NCBI GenBank assembly: GCA_905250875.1
Contig: CAJNOO010000198.1
Location: 57,321-73,098 of the forward strand
Source of the DNA: Rotaria sordida
Taxonomy: Eukaryota
Direction: 5' to 3'
Length of the DNA: 15,778 bases
A model generated the notes under the pieces. The model was not told the origin of the DNA. It was given only the letters and a program-made list of their open reading frames with translations, and did not search any database. The position numbers and the translations under genes are program-made. Positions within the stretch are counted from its first letter, which is position 1; every line of letters starts with the position of its first letter. This document shows positions 9,909-15,778 of this stretch, one piece after another.

Positions 9909-11118
9909 ATGGCTAATATATCGGTTTTTGAAATTTTACCAGAAGAAATTCGATTACACGTATTTCAATATTTGAGCTATGTCGATATTGTCTATTCTTT
10001 CTTTAATCTTAATACTCGTCTCAATACAACGATAACTAATGTTTGTAATCAAATGAATCTCAGTGGCATTACCTATCAACAATTCGATTGTCTTATTTCG
10101 AATATATTACCTCAAATAGGCCCGAATATACGATCATTTGTAGTCAATGAACACTGGTCTAATTTTATATCAAATAAATTACATCCGATGCGCTTCAAAT
10201 TTGATTTGTCGTCAATGTTCCCAAATCTACACACGTTAGTACTTGATTGCTTTACTGAAGTAGATCTGCTTGAATTTATTGATGATATAAGAGATCTCAA
10301 GCAGCTTGTGAAACTTGTTGTAAAACGTCTTGATGGTAAAGGCTCATACGAATTATTAGGAAAGGTTTTGACTGCTAATAATTGTCGACTTAAATCAGTA
10401 TTGTTCGATTATGACTCTCTCTATTTATCTCTGAATACGAATAATGAAAAAGTTTCGTATCCGAACATTGAAGAATTGACACTGAACTTGATTAATTGCG
10501 ACATGATAGGAAACTTGTTCCAACTTGTACCTAATATTCATCGTTTGAAAATAACTTTCGGAGAATCTCCAGGTGTATCACTAACAAGTTTAATGAGTGC
10601 ACCATCGCTGATTCATCTGAAGGAGTTCGAGTTGCATTCAATCGGTATGTTTTGGGAATTAAGCCACATCGCTGATATTTTACGTAAGATGCCATCTTTA
10701 CACAAGCTAACGTTCGATCTATCTACAGATGACAAACGTGTTGTTAATGGACAAAATCTTACCACCATTCTACCATCATCTTTGGTTGAGATTCAATTGT
10801 GCATTCTTTATTATTTCTCAGAATCACAAGTCAAGATGGATAGTTTGACTGCGACATGGCCAAATCATATTCCAATATCATGTTGGTTACATGAATTCCA
10901 GAATTATGCTATTATTCATACAATACCGTATAACGTATTTTCAATAGTAGTACCGGGATCTATAGGCAAATATATGATGTCTGGTTGGAAATATATGCAG
11001 CCAGTAGAATATTTAAAGATTTATGGAGAATCATCTTCTATTGATGTACTAATGATTGTGCAACATTTCTATCGACTCCGAAAACTCAATATTAATATAA
11101 GAAATGATTCAGAAGAAC
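9909..11118 (+). CDS. F-box / leucine-rich-repeat-like protein, N-terminal exon (unspliced ORF runs to 11126)
   Basis: N-terminal FEILPEEIRLHVFQYLSYVDIVYSFFNLNTRLNTTI is F-box-like. Downstream LRR-like segments include LVLDCFTEVDLLEFIDDIRDLKQLVKLVV, PNIEELTLNL and PSLHKLTFDLS. Candidate donor C|GTATGT at 11119. Confidence 0.8.
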
Positions 11119-12527
11119 GTATGTAACTTTCATACAAGTACTATTTATTTCAAAGAGTGCGTGTATTAGCAGCTTAGGCTATTCGTCATAAATAGAAGTG
11201 AAACGAGGAGTGAATTTATAATTCATGCTCATTGAATGAACATTCGTAAACAAATGAGTTAGATAAAACATAAAATCTTGCAGAAAATGAGCTGGTATTT
11301 GAAGTCTATCTTTTATCCACCGGTGTTAACGTGGTTCTAGGGACTATGGGGATCTAATAGCTCAAGATTTCTTAGGATGTATTATATATCATGGTACTTC
11401 AGCATATCCCACCCTCATATTTTATCGAATACATGATATACTGCATCAAATATTTTAGCTAGAATGAACAAAGTTTTACATATGACGTTCACGTATAATG
11501 ACTTCATTGGTTGAGATTCAATTTCTAACGAAATTTTGCATGGTATTTCATCTCGAAAATGTACCAATATTTATATAATCGACGTTTTTAGTATTCATGT
11601 ATGCATACGATTCACAGCGCGTAATACATATTGTACATGAGTCTATTACTTTTTTTTATTTATATGAACAAATATTTTGGACATCCTTGATATTTGAACT
11701 CTTCATCGATTCAAAATTCTAAGCAACTAAACAAACTTTTCGAAACATTTAACCAGTATCGCTAAGATACTTAGCGAATACTTTTTAAAAGTCTCTTGGA
11801 GAACATACTAGAATCGTCTCGTCAAAACAGATATCTTTATTCCAGTTGGATAGAATCTTAGCAGTTTATTTTTCATCAGGATTTTATATCAACACTCTCA
11901 GACTATGCCATAAGATTTCTTTTGTAAATTCTCCCATTGACATACGAATCTATTGAAATGTATTGTAAAATATTTGTAGTGTTCAACATTTTTCTTCCTT
12001 ATAGCGTTCTTACGCAATACGAATACAATATCACCGATGAGTGGCGAATGATACTTTTGAATACGATTCGAAATTATTCTGATGCTACAGATTTCTTATC
12101 TACTGTTTTATATTTGACGTGAAGTCAAAGTATTGAATCAAGGTAAAAGTGAAAAGGTGATATCCTTCGATTTAGCTTCATCTACGCACTTTTCTGAATA
12201 TTATCATGATATCAGTTTGTTCAATGTTCATATCGTTGGAAAGAGCAAATCTACACGTATTTCCTAATAATTTATAGAGAAATAGAGAAGTGATATGCTG
12301 AAAAATGGAAATAGTTGTTTATATATAACTGCAGCATACATTAGTATGCATTATTAGCGTACTGTGTGTAGTCCTGCTTCTATTTCTTTGACAGTCAATA
12401 GCGTCCTGATGAGAATTTGAATTAACGATCTTTTTGCTTGTTAGATTTCAAATTTTATTAAAAAACATCAGGTGGAAGATATATCTTCTGTTGACAAATT
12501 CACTTATAATTGTTTTATTTTTTTTAG

Positions 12528-13033
12528 CTAGTATGATGCAGTTAACTGAACCTGTGATTTTACATTTACCTCAACTGAAATATCTTCAAGTAGAAGGAAA
12601 ATGTGAACTGTTTCATTTGCTCAATGCAGCTTCTAGTCTTCATGAATTGTCAGTTGATTTCGATTCCTTCAGTAGAATAATAGACAATGAAGCGGTGTAT
12701 CAACTTTTACCGCAACGAATAGCTTCTCTCGAAATTTTCCACCTACGAGATATTCATAAATTGCAATTGGATACTATTTTTAAACTATTTCCTCATATAC
12801 GTAATATGACTCTCTCTGTAAAAGATTCACGCATTCTCATCGATTCGCTTGTATGGCAAGCTTTGAACATTTGGAAACAACAACAGCAGAATGCTTATCT
12901 CTGCATCGAAGGTGCACTCTCCGAAGAAGGAAATCAAACGCTTCGAAAATGGCTAATGGAACATATTCATTCATCGATAACAGACACATTTGCTTTCGAT
13001 TATCGAAATAAATGGTTTCATTTTTGGCTTTGA
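12528..13033 (+). CDS. C-terminal exon of an F-box/LRR-like protein, probably the same gene as 9909-11118
   Basis: The track ORF 12434-13033 contains LTEPVILHLPQLKYLQVEGKCELFHLLNAASSLHELSVDFDSF...LLPQRIASLEIFHL...KWFHFWL*. Acceptor TTTTTTTTAG|CT ends at 12527. Splicing 11118 to 12528 keeps the reading frame (..SEE-P-SMMQLTEPVILHL..). Confidence 0.65.
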
Positions 13034-13060
13034 TTATTTATGTTGTCCGTTTCTAATAAA

Positions 13061-13138
13061 CTAAGGGTGTGGATGTGGGTCTAGGTTTGGGTCTGGGTGT
13101 TGATATCTTCTCATCACCCACACCCACACCCACACCCT
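13061..13138. repeat. Head-to-head telomere-like repeat junction: degenerate G-rich (TGTGGG-like) tract followed by CCCACA tract
   Basis: CTAAGGGTGTGGATGTGGGTCTAGGTTTGGGTCTGGGTGT (13061-13100), a short spacer TGATATCTTCTCATCA, then CCCACACCCACACCCACACCC. The outer edges mirror each other (CTAAGGGTGTGG / CACACCCTAG). Confidence 0.8.
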
Positions 13139-13563
13139 AGAAACATATAAAGATCCTTCGCTATCCATTACCAATCCCCAACAGGAAATATTCGAGTTTA
13201 ATGTTTGACCACTATTCGCATTTTGAAACCATTGCTGTACTCGTTTATTATTTCGATCACATATGAACATCGTTCCATTCTTATCGACGACAATACTAGA
13301 AGGAAAATTTAATCGTTCATCACCGTTACCTTCATATTTTTCACCAGCCACCATTTGGCCAGTTCACATTCGTGACAATTATTTAACTATTTGATGGTTA
13401 AAAGACTCGGCAACATAAATGGCATCATCTTCATTTCGAAACAATCCCAGAGGATAATCTAATTGATTCAATTCTGATCCTTGACCATTTCCTCCAGCCG
13501 CTGTTATACCATTCTGATTCCAAGTTGCACTTGCACAAATACCATCGTCTGAAATCGATGGTG
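13138..13563 (-). pseudogene. NHL-repeat protein fragment, truncated by the telomere-like tract
   Basis: Minus-strand translation: PSISDDGICASATWNQNGITAAGGNGQGSELNQLDYPLGLFRNEDDAIYVAESFNHQIVK*LSRM*TGQMVAGEKYEGNGDERLNFPSSIVVDKNGTMFICDRNNKRVQQW...WGLVMDSEGSLYVS, then telomeric repeat. In-frame stops at 13379-13381 and 13364-13366. Confidence 0.75.
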
Positions 13564-13619
13564 CTAGAAAACAGGAAAAACAACTGAAACTTTCTCATTT
13601 CATTCTCATCAATTATCAC

Positions 13620-13921
13620 ATGTTGCTGTTCGTATTGATGGACATATCATTTGAGAGGCTAAATTCAACGGATAACATAATGGACTTTTATGACATTTGT
13701 CATGCTTTACACACACATAATTTGGTTGATAACACATTTGATTATTCTTTGCACATGATATTAATGAGGAACAGGCAAGATGAAGGGATGCACATATGCT
13801 AAGACTGTTGTTTGTTGTTAATTGAAGGTATCCACAAAATGGACTCAGTGAACATTGTGTATAAGGTGATGTATTTTAACATTGTTGAACTTCAAGTGAA
13901 TCTAGTTGATAACGAACAGAT
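13620..13921 (-). pseudogene. Cys-rich upstream exon of the same NHL-type gene
   Basis: Minus-strand translation: ...VQQC*NTSPYTQCSLSPFCGYLQLTTNNSLSICASLHLACSSLISCAKNNQMCYQPNYVCVKHDKCHKSPLCYPLNLASQMICPSIRTAT. In-frame stop at 13876-13878. A phase-consistent 56-nt intron (13564-13619, GT..AG) links it to the NHL exon. Confidence 0.55.
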
Positions 13922-14977
13922 CTAAGATATTGTTAATCATCATTGAAACATACCTGATAAACTACAATCAATAACAACAATTCGATATTTGAAGTGAATT
14001 CAAAGAAGAGCATTTACTTGAGAATAATCAACAATAATATTAAAGTTATCTGCATTTTCTATTTCAAATTGATTCTATACTCTTTTCTTCGCTTCTGTAT
14101 TTTGTATCATTGATAACCGACAGATTAAGATGAGAATAAATCCATCTGCCACACTAGTGCAAATCGTTATGACTCTATATTACTTACTCGTCACTTAAAG
14201 AAAGCCATTCCGTATCCTCGAAATCGCCAAAGAATTGACGATTAATCGCGATATATTGAAACAATAATTGTGCATTGAATAGCGATAAATCACCGATTTT
14301 TTTCGCGATAATTCTGACGATTTTTGTGATAAATCGAGATTTTGTAGTTGGTTTTTGTCCTTCGTCAATTGTGCCCACAACATATATATAGAAATCATTT
14401 TGGAACAGATCAAATCAATATCGAAGCATTTTGGTTTATTTTTATAAAGGAACATTAAAATGATAGAATATTAATGAAATCATTACTATTTGCTCATTTC
14501 CAATAATTATGTATGAATTTATTTTGAATAAAAAAAAACTAAGAATGATGGTAAAGACTTCCACTATGTTTTTCAGAATTCATATTAGAGAATAGCATCT
14601 CAGTTATGATTCATAGCCCTATTAATTCTATACGGATCATGATACATGTGACTCGTATAACTTGTCTTTTTCTTTCCATTCTGTTATAGTAATAGCGATA
14701 ACGATATGTTCTTGCGCAACCATATGAAATTTTCTTATCTATGTGAGTATAACAGTATTCTTAGGGTAACATTTGATCATTATATGATTTTTGCGTTGAT
14801 TTCAATATGAATAAAAAAAAACGTCAACAAAACACTATGACGGATGATAGTATAACAAAAAAATTTCAAATTCCTCTTATTTCCTTAGCAACAACAATCA
14901 ATAGAGACCAGTGAGTAGATCGTAAACATATCGATTGTTCATATTATCTTTCATTTTATTTAAGAAATTTAATCAAT

Positions 14978-15778
14978 CACTTTGAAGATCTTTCAAATGA
15001 ACTTATCTATGAAATTTTTGAGTTTCTTGATTCTTATCACATTTATGAAGCTTTTCTTGATCTCAATACACGATTTCAAAATCTTTGTATTCATTCAAAT
15101 CTTCCAATTAATATCAATATTTCATCTTTATCTAAATCGACTTTTCAACGTTATTATACTCAATTGATTATGCCTAAGAAACATCGAATTCAATCACTTT
15201 GTTTATCAGATCCATTCATCATTGATTTCTTTTCTTCATCAACAGAACATCTTTCAAAATGTTCTCAACTTCGTACACTTATTCTTGACATATTTGAATC
15301 AGAGCATATGGAAAATCTACTTCATAGTTTAGCTTCTTTGCCGAATCTTTCATCATTGGCTATTCCTATTGCGCAGGGTTCTAATACAAACACTATTTAT
15401 AATCTAATATTTCAATTACCAGTCTTAAAATATTGCAAAATTACTTTCGAAGAAAACGTTTTTTTCGAATCATTACCTAGGTCTACCAAAAAAGCATCAA
15501 ATTCTATTGAACATCTCGTTATCAATGGTGCATGTCACTACGTTATCATTGATGCCCTTTTATCATATGTTCCTCAACTTCGTCGTCTATCAATTAATTA
15601 TTTGTATGGATATTACAAACATGGAATAAATGAATTCTCAACTATTTTAAATAATTTAACACATGTCTCGCTGACATTGAAAGATCTATTATTTGATCAA
15701 TTTGAGCCATTTATTGAACAATATCTCAGTCGAGTTAAAGTACTGTATATTTCCTCAAACTATGACACAGCATATTTA
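14978..15778 (+). CDS. F-box-like / LRR-like protein, 5' part, incomplete at the window edge; no start codon recognised
   Basis: Continuous frame from 14978: HFEDLSNELIYEIFEFLDSYHIYEAFLDLNTRFQNLCIHSNLPININISSLSKSTFQRYYTQLIMPKKHRIQSLCLSDPFIIDFF...QLRTLILDIFESEHMENLLHSLASLPNLSSLAI...THVSLTLKDLLFDQFEPFIEQYLSRVKVLYISSNYDTAYL, with no stop to the window end. Confidence 0.75.

Noticed and set aside
14130-14455. Minus-strand ORFs 14184-14378 and 14195-14455, with a GTAAGT motif at the end of the first
   Set aside because: No family recognised. It could be a 5' exon of the NHL-type gene, but the AT/CGCGATAA-rich composition gives insufficient support to call it.
1-15778. Novel prokaryotic-type defence, toxin-antitoxin or phage system
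   Set aside because: Intron-like structure, F-box/LRR, NHL and 7TM-like genes and telomeric repeats indicate a eukaryotic locus. No such operon is visible.
1-15778. Telomere-associated retroelement (Penelope-like/Athena) reverse transcriptase
   Set aside because: Expected in this context, but no reverse-transcriptase motif (such as YADD-like sequence) was noticed in the supplied ORFs or hand translations.

Overview
The window looks like eukaryotic DNA from a bdelloid rotifer (or close relative), probably subtelomeric. This rests on a (CCCACA)n tract at base 1 (TGTGGG is the telomeric repeat reported for bdelloids) and on several decayed members of gene families expanded in bdelloids. From left to right: (1) 14 perfect CCCACA units at 1-84, followed by a degenerate ~21-bp repeat field (91-833) with a quasi-palindromic core; (2) a 137-bp fold-back element (3082-3218) built from 11-bp sub-repeats, sitting inside a degenerate TGTGGG-like tract; (3) a cluster of GACTAGTC-cored repeats (4859-5216); (4) a MITE-like hairpin (5398-5501) touching the start of a broken seven-transmembrane receptor-like gene (5500-6397); (5) unidentified decayed coding remnants (7084-8464); (6) an F-box/LRR-like gene (9909-13033) whose halves join in phase across an unusually long candidate intron; (7) a head-to-head TGTGGG/CCCACA junction (13061-13138) that abuts and appears to truncate an NHL-repeat pseudogene on the minus strand (13138-13921); (8) the 5' part of another F-box-like gene running off the right edge, absent from the supplied ORF track. 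The most notable features are the head-to-head telomeric junction and the palindrome inside telomere-like sequence. No CRISPR, prokaryotic defence system, rRNA or confident tRNA was seen. All family calls come from reading translations by eye; no database search was run.
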